Source: Atribacterota bacterium (GTDB taxonomy: Bacteria; Atribacterota; Phoenicimicrobiia; Phoenicimicrobiales; Stramentimicrobiaceae). From it: 64,000 nt of DNA. Position 1 is the stretch's first letter. Each line of letters begins with the position of its first letter. Positions 21,809 through 31,086 of this stretch are shown here, one piece after another. The position numbers and the translations under genes were made by a program. The notes under the pieces are model-generated. The model was not told the origin of the DNA. It saw nothing but the letters and a program-made list of their open reading frames with translations, and ran no database searches. The stretch covers positions 736,001-800,000 of the forward strand of contig JAXGNR010000004.1 in assembly GCA_040767965.1 (NCBI GenBank). The letters are read 5' to 3'.

Positions 21809-22570
21809 TCATAGGCCAGTTGCCAGAAAACCACCATCAATCACAATAGTTTCCCCTACTATGAAAGAAGAAGAATCAGATGCCAGCAATAGCGCTGCTC
21901 CAGTTAATTCTTTTAGTTCACCAAAACGGCCGATAGGAGTTCTTTGAAGTACTGAATTCTTTCTGCTTGGATCCATTTTGTTTATATTTAGTTCCGTCAT
22001 GAATTGACCGGGAGCTATTCCGTTTACCCTCACTCCTTTAGGAGCCCATTCTGCTCCCAAAGTTTTTGTTAATGAAACTACTCCTGCTTTACTAATAGCA
22101 TAAATACTTGAATTTCTCCATCCTCTATAAGCTGCCATTGACGCTATATTTATTATAGTTCCACGGCCATTCTCGATCATATGTCTGCCTACTTCCAGGC
22201 ATGAAAAATACACACTTTTCAAATTTGTTTCAATTATTAAACCAAAGTCTTCTTCATTAAAATCTTCTGCTGGCTTAATTAAGGTTGTCCCTCGAGAATT
22301 CACCAATATGTCTATTTTTTTATATTTATCTATAATGTTTTTTACTAAATCTCGTAAATCTTTTATATTTTTAGCATCCAGGGTGAAGCCAACGGTTAAA
22401 TCTTTATTTGTGAGAAGGTTTATCTCATCAACTACTTTCTTTACTTTTTCTTTATTTCGACTTACCGGGAAAATACGTGCCCCGGCTTCGGCATATTTCA
22501 AAGCAATTTCTCTTCCGATTCCACTAGTACCTCCTATAATGAGGGCATTTTTGCCTTCTAATGAAAACAT
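21809..22570 (-). CDS. SDR-family oxidoreductase (gluconate 5-dehydrogenase/KduD-like)
   Basis: GGTSGIG, NIAS, YAISK, VNGIAPG, IDGG. Confidence 0.88.
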   Translation of the reverse strand: MFSLEGKNALIIGGTSGIGREIALKYAEAGARIFPVSRNKEKVKKVVDEINLLTNKDLTVGFTLDAKNIKDLRDLVKNIIDKYKKIDILVNSRGTTLIKPAEDFNEEDFGLIIETNLKSVYFSCLEVGRHMIENGRGTIINIASMAAYRGWRNSSIYAISKAGVVSLTKTLGAEWAPKGVRVNGIAPGQFMTELNINKMDPSRKNSVLQRTPIGRFGELKELTGAALLLASDSSSFIVGETIVIDGGFLATGL

Positions 22571-22646
22571 TTTTCCTCCTGATATAATTTTATATATTTT
22601 ATATTAATTATTCAAAAGCATTTGCCAGTCAAAAATCAAAAAGTAT

Positions 22647-23417
22647 TTATACTAGTCTGGATATGTTTTTAGTTATTTTGGGATAATTTTCATACATTAA
22701 CGGATCATGGCCAGGAAATAAATATTCAATAGAAGATACCTTCTCTCTCAGCATTGAATAGCTTTTTAGCCATTCAGGTAAATTAGTTATATAGATACTA
22801 GGCCAATCTTCCTGATAATTTTTAAAATAGTACCCGCAATCAGAGCCAATTATAGCTTTTCCTTTTTTAGTATTAACCAAAACAGATTGGTTGCCAAATG
22901 TATGCCCGGCTGACAAAATGCAATCAATTCCATCTACAATGTTAAAATTGCCATTTATTATTTTAAGTCTATCAGTTCCTTCTAATGACTCTAAATACTT
23001 ATATGATTCCTGATCTGAAGTAGACATGAAAGGTGGTCTTTTTGCAAGGGGATTTTTTAGCCAAAAGTTATATTCAGATTCCTGAATATAAAATGAAGCT
23101 TTTGAAAAAAGAGTAACTCCATTTGTATGATCCAAATGTAAATGTGTAATAATAATTTTATTTATATCTTCCGGTTTGAGATTTATTTGAGTAACTAATT
23201 CTGCAGGATTGACATAATTTAACAATTGCATTTTTTCTGCTTGTATTGGATGAATTCCAGTATCTACAAGTATATTTTCATTTTCACCTTTAATCAGCCA
23301 AATATAATAACTGCTTTCTGCTAATTCTCCCCAATCCCTGTTCCACATTCCAACAGCTGCTGGTCTTTTTACCGGCCCGGCATACCTTAATGCATATATT
23401 TCAAAGATATTTTTCAT
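22647..23417 (-). CDS. Metallo-beta-lactamase-fold lactonase (AHL-lactonase family)
   Basis: LVDTG, THLHLDH, GHTFGNQ, SD, PGHD. Confidence 0.85.
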   Translation of the reverse strand: MKNIFEIYALRYAGPVKRPAAVGMWNRDWGELAESSYYIWLIKGENENILVDTGIHPIQAEKMQLLNYVNPAELVTQINLKPEDINKIIITHLHLDHTNGVTLFSKASFYIQESEYNFWLKNPLAKRPPFMSTSDQESYKYLESLEGTDRLKIINGNFNIVDGIDCILSAGHTFGNQSVLVNTKKGKAIIGSDCGYYFKNYQEDWPSIYITNLPEWLKSYSMLREKVSSIEYLFPGHDPLMYENYPKITKNISRLV

Positions 23418-23634
23418 AAATGCTCCTTTAATTAGAATATTTTTGACAGTGATTAATGTTTATATAAGCTGATTTCAGTGAATAATGATATATATTATTT
23501 AAAATTATTTTATCAATAGGGATTATATTATCTGATAAATTATATATTATTCTCATTTTAGCAAGTGACAACTAAATTGACAACAAAAGAACAGATTTTT
23601 ACAGTTAATAATTTTTTGAATAGTAAAGTAATTT

Positions 23635-25317
23635 TTATTTTTTTGTTTTTTTTATTAACTCTTCTGCTATTTTATTTCCATTAAAAAAGAAATATGGAAA
23701 TTTTCTGAATTGAGAAACTTTATCATTTTCAATAAATTTTTTACTATCTTCAATTTTTCCCGATATGTATTTTTCATAATCTGACAGGATTTCTGTTATA
23801 TTTTTGTTTATTTTATTAATTTTTTTAGAAACAAGATACTTCTGGTTACTTGGAGTGTTTTGGATTATTTTTATTAGATCATGTTTTTCCTTAATTAATT
23901 TGTTTATCATCTGATTCTTTTCTTCTGGAAGATTAGCTTCATCGATTATCTTTTCCGGATTATATTGTATTGTCCTTTTTTTCTTTTCTAAAACAGAAAT
24001 AGCTTCTATTGTTGTTGTTTTAACAGGCAAATCAAGTAAAAATGTAGCGGAAATAGTCAAAAACCTGGGAGGGATTATTTTAAAATATTTTTGCATTATA
24101 TCATCTGTAATACAGTCATATTTTGATCCTCCGATACCATGAATAAAAAGATCTGCTCCAAAAAGACGGTTAAATAAAGTTAAAATAATTGCTCTTGGGT
24201 ATAGGATGTAATTATTTTCTTGAATGTGTTTCTTGAATTTTGTAAAAACTGTATCTTCTTTTCCATTTATTATAGAAAACAAGGCAATGTTATCACCATA
24301 AATATCTTCAATAAATATTGACCCATTTTGTTTTTTGATAAATATCTTTTTTCTTTCCGAACGTTCGCCTCTTTTCCATATCCAAAATGGTGTTTCTATT
24401 CTATTGTTATCTGTGGAAAGATCTGGTAAAGGGTTGGCTGCATTTTTAATCTTGTGAGCTAGTCTATATTCATGAAGGCTTTTATTATAGATATATGAGA
24501 AATTTTCTATATTAAAAACTATTTCTAAAAAGAATAAAAGTAAAGAGTCATGATTTGAAATAAAAGAGTATGGTAAATCATAATACTGGGGATTTATAGT
24601 GCTTTCATAAAGTCTCCTGCAGGTTGTCATAAATATACCTAACTGATTCATTGCAGGAGTTGATTTGCATATTTTGTAAGCATTTTTAAAACAATTTGAA
24701 AATACATTATAGTTTTGATAAGTATTATCTGGCAGAAACTGAATACTTTTATTAATTTTTTTTAAAACATTTAATAGCATTTCTTTTGATGGTATTTGTA
24801 ATTCCTGTAAAGGAATTTCATTATTATTGATACTTAAAATATGTTTTCTTAAAGAAATATCACTGGAGTTTTTTTGTATATTATTATCAATTTCAGTATT
24901 AATAGCTGGATAGTATATTGAAACAGGATTAACAACATCATTATCTAAGTTTAAGTTTATCCCAAAAATATTTTTTGAGCTATTTTCTTTTATTATTTGA
25001 TTTAAGAGAATATTTTTTATCCATACTCCGGGATGATAAAATTCAGGCTGATGCCCTGTCATTATTATACAATCAACAGATTTTTCAGAAAAAGGGAGCC
25101 TTGAAGGAGTAATTATATCTGTGAAAGATAATGTTTTTTTTATCAAATCAATACGATATCTATTTCTAAGGCTATTAAAACTCTTATGAAATATTTTTAT
25201 GTTGTTATTATTTAATATTCTCATATTTTCTTCAATAATTTTAGAGATACAAGAATAATCAGGATGAAGTATTATTTCTTTGTTTTTAATAGGTACTTTC
25301 AGAGATCTGCTTTTCAT
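23635..25317 (-). CDS. Divergent BshC-like (putative ligase) protein
   Basis: IMTGHQP (cf. BshC TGQQ), LDND, PRAII...FIHGIGGSKYD, coiled-coil C-terminus, BshC-like length, abuts the bshB1-like gene. Confidence 0.55.
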   Translation of the reverse strand: MKSRSLKVPIKNKEIILHPDYSCISKIIEENMRILNNNNIKIFHKSFNSLRNRYRIDLIKKTLSFTDIITPSRLPFSEKSVDCIIMTGHQPEFYHPGVWIKNILLNQIIKENSSKNIFGINLNLDNDVVNPVSIYYPAINTEIDNNIQKNSSDISLRKHILSINNNEIPLQELQIPSKEMLLNVLKKINKSIQFLPDNTYQNYNVFSNCFKNAYKICKSTPAMNQLGIFMTTCRRLYESTINPQYYDLPYSFISNHDSLLLFFLEIVFNIENFSYIYNKSLHEYRLAHKIKNAANPLPDLSTDNNRIETPFWIWKRGERSERKKIFIKKQNGSIFIEDIYGDNIALFSIINGKEDTVFTKFKKHIQENNYILYPRAIILTLFNRLFGADLFIHGIGGSKYDCITDDIMQKYFKIIPPRFLTISATFLLDLPVKTTTIEAISVLEKKKRTIQYNPEKIIDEANLPEEKNQMINKLIKEKHDLIKIIQNTPSNQKYLVSKKINKINKNITEILSDYEKYISGKIEDSKKFIENDKVSQFRKFPYFFFNGNKIAEELIKKTKK

Positions 25318-26007
25318 TTATACTAAGTCCTGAATATTTTTTATTCCAACACATTCCTTTGATATAAAGGCTTCTCCATATTCCCTGCCTATTAATCCAC
25401 CCCAATAAGAATTTTTTCTTTTTACCCAGGCAATACCAGCATGTTGGTTTAAGCTTGATCCAAATTGAGATTCATAACATTCTAAAGCAGTTAATTTCTT
25501 CTCCATTTCATCAGATATGTTATATATAAAATTAGGTGAAATATTTAATCTGATATGAGAGACTAAATAATAATATATTTTAGGTACGTAATAAGGATCT
25601 CCTTCCATATTTGTTTTTGTAAGTTTACCGTAAAACCTGGCAGCATCGCATAATTTAGAAGCTGCAATATGGTCTGGATGGGCATCAATCCAATAAGGAG
25701 CAAATATGATTTCTGGTCTATTTATTCTAAATTGTTCTGCTAATTTTTGACGAGAAGGAATATCGTCTGTTAAATATCGATTTTTTAAAGTAATATTAAT
25801 TCTATTTTTTACTCCAAGTATTTGTTTTGCTTTTTCAGATTCATTTTTTCTTTTTTCAACAGTTCCACGCGGAGTTGGTTCTCCATCTGTTAAATCCAGA
25901 ATTGTTACATCTATATTTTGTTTTACCATTGATATTATTGTTCCACCCATTCCTATTTCCACATCATCAGGATGAGCTCCTATAGCCATTGCTTTCAATA
26001 CAATCAA
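25318..26007 (-). CDS. bshB1: PIG-L/LmbE family GlcNAc deacetylase, BshB1-like
   Basis: AHPDDVEIGMGG, DLTDGE, HPDH, YESQF. Confidence 0.8.
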   Translation of the reverse strand: MIVLKAMAIGAHPDDVEIGMGGTIISMVKQNIDVTILDLTDGEPTPRGTVEKRKNESEKAKQILGVKNRINITLKNRYLTDDIPSRQKLAEQFRINRPEIIFAPYWIDAHPDHIAASKLCDAARFYGKLTKTNMEGDPYYVPKIYYYLVSHIRLNISPNFIYNISDEMEKKLTALECYESQFGSSLNQHAGIAWVKRKNSYWGGLIGREYGEAFISKECVGIKNIQDLV

Positions 26008-26720
26008 TCTCCTTTCGGATTATTTTTATATAATATGAAAACCTTTTCAAGGTATTATTCAGGATAACTCCAAATGTTCGTTTCTCATCTGTATAAATTA
26101 GCTCAATTGGCATTTCCTTAAGAATTAATTTTTGTTTATGTGCCTGTAAAATAAGTTGCAGCGGTAAACCAAAACCTTTTTCTGTTAATTTTAATTTTTT
26201 TAACGCCGATACACTATATATTTTAAAACCACAAAAAGAATCAGTTAAATCATAATCGGTAATTGCAGATAGTATTTTTGTTATTCTATGATTAACCTTT
26301 TGTCTGTTTGGAGGAGGTGTTGATAACATCATTTTCGGATCAAGATATCTTGATCCTGATAAAATATCTATATTATTTTTTTTAATCGTATTCACAAAGT
26401 GAGGGATATTTTCCGGCTCATGCTGTCCATCACCGTCAATAGTTATTATATATTTATAATTATTTTTTATTGAAAAATTAAAACCATTAATTAACGTTTT
26501 ACCATAACCTTCATTTGTGTGATGATTTATATAAAATAGGTTACCATTATTCTTTTCAGAAATATTTTTTATTATAGAATCGCTTGAATCTGTTGAACCA
26601 TCATTAATAATAAGAATATCGCTTTTTGAATATTTTCTAATATCATCTATAACTTTTTCAATATTTTTTCTTCGTTATATACCGGATAAATATTAAAATA
26701 TCTTGCTTATGTTTTTTCAT
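25967..26720 (-). CDS. Glycosyltransferase family 2 (DPM synthase-like), frameshifted near the N-terminus
   Basis: ATG at 26720; shifted frames give VYNEE, INDGSTD, NEGYG, TIDGDGQHEP, SGSRY, TDSFCGFK; indels in the first ~25 codons. Confidence 0.8.
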
Positions 26721-26841
26721 TTTTATTTAATTAATTTTTTAAATTTTTAATAAAGGATTATCTTTATTTTAAAGATAATCCTTTATTTTTGTTATATGTT
26801 ATATATTATACTCTATTTAATTTTTTTACATTTAACAATAA

Positions 26842-28718
26842 TCAGCATTCAATCCATTCCAGATCCAGCTCTGCCAGTTTGGCTTTTGGTTGGAACTCCA
26901 TTTTCATCCCAGCCCTGTATGGCATAGTAGGTTTGAAGGGCTCAATTGAATTCTTCTTTATCAATAGCCTTGTCTTTTAAAGGGCCGCTGGTAAAGGCCT
27001 TGAAGATACGATCCGGTAATTTATCATCTTCGGTAAATCCTTCTCTGTTGTTGAAGCAGCGGGCCATGGTGTTAGCCTTTTTCTCCCACTTTAATCAGTT
27101 CAAATAAGCTGGTATTCCAGCCGGTTACTGCTTCTACTAAAGAAACCAGGTTTTTAAGGCTTTGAAAACCTATAGGAACTGAAGTAAAATTACACATTCC
27201 AATACTGTTATATAAATCTAATATTTTCTGAGTTGTAGACAAAAAGCCAATTTTTTTATCACTTAAATCTAATGGTTCAATTGGTTCCAATAAACCCAAA
27301 GCTGAAACCTCTTCAAGAGGAAAACCATAGTCAGTAAACATAACATCGTGTGGTATTTCACAATGATCTGCTCCGGTGGGAGAGATGGCATACGGATTCC
27401 TAAGCCAACTTTTCCTCTTGGTTCATGCATGGGAAATTCCTGTCCCTTGACATGCATGGCATACTGTTCTGCCCCTTTTCGAAATTTGTGCAGCTTTGGC
27501 TACGCCTTTGCTATAGGTGGCTCCTATTCCATCTAAGTTGTAGATCTTTTCGATCATCTTTTAACATGGCATCAGCATTGCCGAATTTCAGCTGGATGCC
27601 GTCGGTGTCTTTTTCGGTGATGATGCCTTCTTCGAAGCATTCCATGGCAAAGGCGATGGTGGTGCCGGTGGAGATGGTATCAAGTCCGTATTTGTTGCAC
27701 AGTTCATTACCTTTGGGCAATAGCCTCAAGATCATCTATTCCTAAGAGAGAGCCCAGGAACCGATGGTTTCATATTCAGGTCCTCCGTAATAGGGATCTA
27801 CATCATAGCGGCCTTCCACTTTGACTTCTCTTTGCAGCGGACCGGACAGGCATAGCAGTGGCCGCGCGGACTAAGATGGTCTCAGCCATGGTAGGTCCCG
27901 AGATGGCAGAGGCACCTTCAAACTGGCCTTCCCTGAAGTTGCGGGTAGGCAGGATGCCGGCTGCGTTTAAGGATTCTACTCCTCTGGGCGGTACCGTAAT
28001 CGTGCATGCCCTGGGAGACTTGTTTCCAATTGAGGGGCAAACTCCTTGGTAATCTCTTTGATCTTGGCCTATCATGATAGGGGTTCTTGCCTGAGGGCGT
28101 ACGGCAATGGCCCGCAGTTTCTTGGAGCCCATGACTGCTCCCAGGCCTACTTCAGGCCGTTGTAATGTTTTGATTCATTGCTTATGCAGGCATAGTTGAT
28201 CAGCTTTTCTCCGGTGGCCGCGATCTGGGCTATTCTGATCTTATCATCTCCCAATTCTTCACGGATCATACGCTTCGGCTTCTCCGGTGGTCTTACCGGT
28301 TATGGATGCGGCATCACGTAATTCTATCTTGTCATCCTTGATCCACAGGTAGACGGGCTGGGGGAGAGATGCCTTTGATGATGATGGCATCATAGCCGGC
28401 CCATTTGAACTCAGGGCCCACCAGCCTCCGGCTTCTGCTTCTCCGAAGCCTCCGGTTAAGGGGGATTTGGCTGCTACGGTGTAACGGCTGGCTCCCGGGA
28501 CGGTGGTACCGGTAATGGGACTGCAGGCAAAGACTAAGATGTTCTCAGGGCCTAAGGGACCATGCCCTTGGGCATCTCTGAAAGTGGCAGGGAACTGGCC
28601 ATGCTCTCCCTCCCAGGTACTTGCGGTAGATGAGCTCTGGTAAGACTTCTGTTTTGACTTCACCTTTGGAGAGGTCTACTCTGATGATCTTGCCATTATA
28701 GGGTTTCTTTTCTGACAT
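26842..28718 (-). pseudogene. Aldehyde:ferredoxin oxidoreductase (W/Mo), multiply frameshifted in this sequence
   Basis: Fragments: PYNGKIIRVDLS, AKSPLTGGFGEAEAGG, MGSKKLRAIAV, GPEYET, CNKYGLDTISTG, HVKGQEFPMHEPRGK, GWDENGVP; total length fits ~625 aa; the breaks may be consensus errors. Confidence 0.85.
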
Positions 28719-28902
28719 AATATATGCCTCCTTTTGAAATTTAATTAGAACTAGGGTTTAGGGTAAAAACTATTACTTTAATTATAATTACAAATAGATT
28801 TAATTGCCCTTTTACAATAAAAGGCAAAAATATTAGAAACATAATAAATAGAAATTTATTATGTTTCTAATTAATTTAAAACTATATAAACATTTAGTTA
28901 AT

Positions 28903-28931
28903 ATTATACAAAATCAATAATTTTTTTTCAA
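28903..28931 (-). promoter_or_regulatory. Putative sigma70 promoter of the AOR gene
   Basis: TTGAAA, 17 bp spacer, TATAAT on the minus strand. Confidence 0.55.
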
Positions 28932-29042
28932 TTTTTAATTTTTATATACTTTCATTTCTTATTATTTTATTTTTTATAATTTTTCAATATATTTTAAATA
29001 ATAAAAAATTACCTGCTGCTAACCTAGCAGACACAATCTTTA

Positions 29043-29117
29043 TTATGCTCATCCGCATCCAGCTAAAAAAAGAGATAAAGCTACTATTAATGAAATAAAT
29101 ATAAATAATTTTGCCAA
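29043..29117 (-). CDS. Candidate micro-lipoprotein MAKLFIFISLIVALSLFLAGCG(U)A, possible selenopeptide
   Basis: SD GGAGGTG 7 nt before TTG; basic n-region, hydrophobic h-region, lipobox LAGC; TGA at 29049-29051 then GCA TAA TAA; hairpin directly downstream. Confidence 0.55.
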
Positions 29118-29153
29118 AATATTTCACCTCCATTTTAAATATAATTTATCTTT

Positions 29154-29175
29154 TTATCTGACAATTATCTGACAA
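29154..29175. promoter_or_regulatory. Tandem 11-bp direct repeat, putative operator
   Basis: TTATCTGACAA TTATCTGACAA, about 40 bp upstream of the micro-ORF start. Confidence 0.55.
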
Positions 29176-29271
29176 AAGTTTAATAAATTGTATCTTATTA
29201 GCTTTATTAAAACAAATTAATAATTTCAATTATTTAATTAAACTATTGAATTAGGTAAAAAGATTTATATT

Positions 29272-30069
29272 TTAATTCAACAATTTTTCAACAATGTAAG
29301 GATCATTAATGGTAAGACCATCAATCCGCCATTTTATTAATTTTCTTAGAAATGAATCTTCAATATTTTCCCCTACCCCCCAAAGGCGAACTTTAAAGCT
29401 GTTTTCATGAAGCATTTTAATAATTTCTTCATCAGTATTGCATGCTGGAGGGCAGACAACATTCACATTAAACTTAGTTGCATCCTTAATTAGGTTATTG
29501 ATATTGTTATAAATATTGACTGGTGCTCCATCGTTGATCAAAGAAAAATAGTCCTTTTTTGTTGAAAATTCAATTAAAGCAGAGGTTTCTATATTTTTTT
29601 CAATTTTTTTCACTTTTTCTAAAACATCCCAGTAAAAAGCTGAAACATTAACCCTATTTATCATATTTCTTTTCTTTATCATATTAACTGCTTTTTCTGT
29701 TATTTCAGGAAAATAATTACTATCCTTAATTTCAAGAACTAATTTAATATCTTTGTATTTTTCTAACAAATCAAATACTTCTGATAGAGTAGGTATTCTT
29801 TCATCTTTATATTTTGGACCAAACCACAAACCAGCATCTAATTTTTTTAAATCTGTTAAATTAAAATCAGAAACAATGCCTTTACCATTAGTTGTTCTGT
29901 CTATTTTCTTATCATGTATTACCACCAAATGGCCATCTTTTGACAATCTGATATCACATTCTATGTATTTTATTCCCGTATTGATTGCTTTTATAAAAGC
30001 AGCTAATGTATTTTCTGGACAATAAGCTGAAGCTCCTCTATGAGCTATATTCATGAAATCTGCAGGCAT
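29272..30069 (-). CDS. Glycerophosphodiester phosphodiesterase
   Basis: AHRGAS, PENTL, IECD, VIHD, RIPTL, LEIK. Confidence 0.92.
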   Translation of the reverse strand: MPADFMNIAHRGASAYCPENTLAAFIKAINTGIKYIECDIRLSKDGHLVVIHDKKIDRTTNGKGIVSDFNLTDLKKLDAGLWFGPKYKDERIPTLSEVFDLLEKYKDIKLVLEIKDSNYFPEITEKAVNMIKKRNMINRVNVSAFYWDVLEKVKKIEKNIETSALIEFSTKKDYFSLINDGAPVNIYNNINNLIKDATKFNVNVVCPPACNTDEEIIKMLHENSFKVRLWGVGENIEDSFLRKLIKWRIDGLTINDPYIVEKLLN

Positions 30070-30117
30070 TTTTAACTCCCTTTCTTCTACTCATTATTAA
30101 ATATTATCTGTTTTAGC

Positions 30118-31026
30118 TTATTTTTCTGGTTTAAGATATTTTTTTTCTATTTTTGCTATATAAGTGTAAAGAGGGTCAACAAATTGAGTACATCTGGCTT
30201 GCATTACTTGTCCTAACAAAAGAAATGCTTCAGTATCAGTAAAACCAAAGCTGCCAACCATCCAGTTAATTAATTCCTGCACTGCTATTCGAAAAGCATC
30301 TTCGGCTGGTCTTGCACATCCTATACTTATAATAGATTCAGGAGTTTCTATTCTTGGCCAAATCATCTCCTGAGGTTTTGGAATTAAATCAACCTGGATT
30401 GTCAAAATAGATCTGGTTTCTATTCCACCAGCACAGCATATCTCACCATCTCCCATGATAGCATGCACATCACCAACATGAAGCAAGGCTCCATCAACAT
30501 AAACTGGTAAAAAAATAGTATTTCCTATTGTGACTTCTTGTATATCAAGATTTCCTCCATATTTCCCATTATCGCTATTTGGATATGACCCAATATCCGG
30601 AGCAGTGCCAACAAAACCAATCATTGGCTGTATTGGTATCTTAAGATTTTTACTCCAATAAACATGATCATTTTCAATTTTAACAGTTTTAGAAATAACT
30701 CCTCCCCAGTCTTTTTTTCTGATCCAGTCCGGGAAGGGTGTACATCTGGGAATAAGTGCAGTATAACCAATATTTGATAATTCAATATTTTTTATCTTTA
30801 TAGCTAAAACATCTTTGGCAGTTGCTTCTTCAATATAAATACATCCGCTGGTTGGATTTCTCCATGTTGCCTTTTCTGGTGACCATTGATCATTTTCATT
30901 TTGCAGCCAATCACCTGTATTCAACTCAGTTTCTATTTGAAATACCTCTCCAGGTTTTATCCTTAGTGTAACAGGATTAAATCTGCTTATTTCATTATAC
31001 AAAATATCTCGTGTAGCTATTTTCAT
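30118..31026 (-). CDS. Acetamidase/formamidase family protein
   Basis: PMIGFVGTAP, GGNLD, LHVGDVHAIMGDGE. Confidence 0.88.
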   Translation of the reverse strand: MKIATRDILYNEISRFNPVTLRIKPGEVFQIETELNTGDWLQNENDQWSPEKATWRNPTSGCIYIEEATAKDVLAIKIKNIELSNIGYTALIPRCTPFPDWIRKKDWGGVISKTVKIENDHVYWSKNLKIPIQPMIGFVGTAPDIGSYPNSDNGKYGGNLDIQEVTIGNTIFLPVYVDGALLHVGDVHAIMGDGEICCAGGIETRSILTIQVDLIPKPQEMIWPRIETPESIISIGCARPAEDAFRIAVQELINWMVGSFGFTDTEAFLLLGQVMQARCTQFVDPLYTYIAKIEKKYLKPEK

Positions 31027-31086
31027 TTCATCCCTCTTTTACTATATTTTAAATATCAAAAGTATTATTTTAAAAATTAGATGTTT

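Noticed and set aside
22647-23417. Quorum-quenching role for the AHL-lactonase-family gene
   Set aside because: The family label is broad and the context is catabolic; no signalling genes nearby.
28719-28900. Moco/Wco riboswitch upstream of AOR
   Set aside because: The leader is very AT-rich and I cannot see the conserved motif elements; it would need an Infernal hit.
28984-29133. Alternative 49-codon frame (MEVKYFGKIIY...) over the micro-ORF
   Set aside because: No SD and no recognisable features; the TTG frame has an ideal SD and a lipobox.
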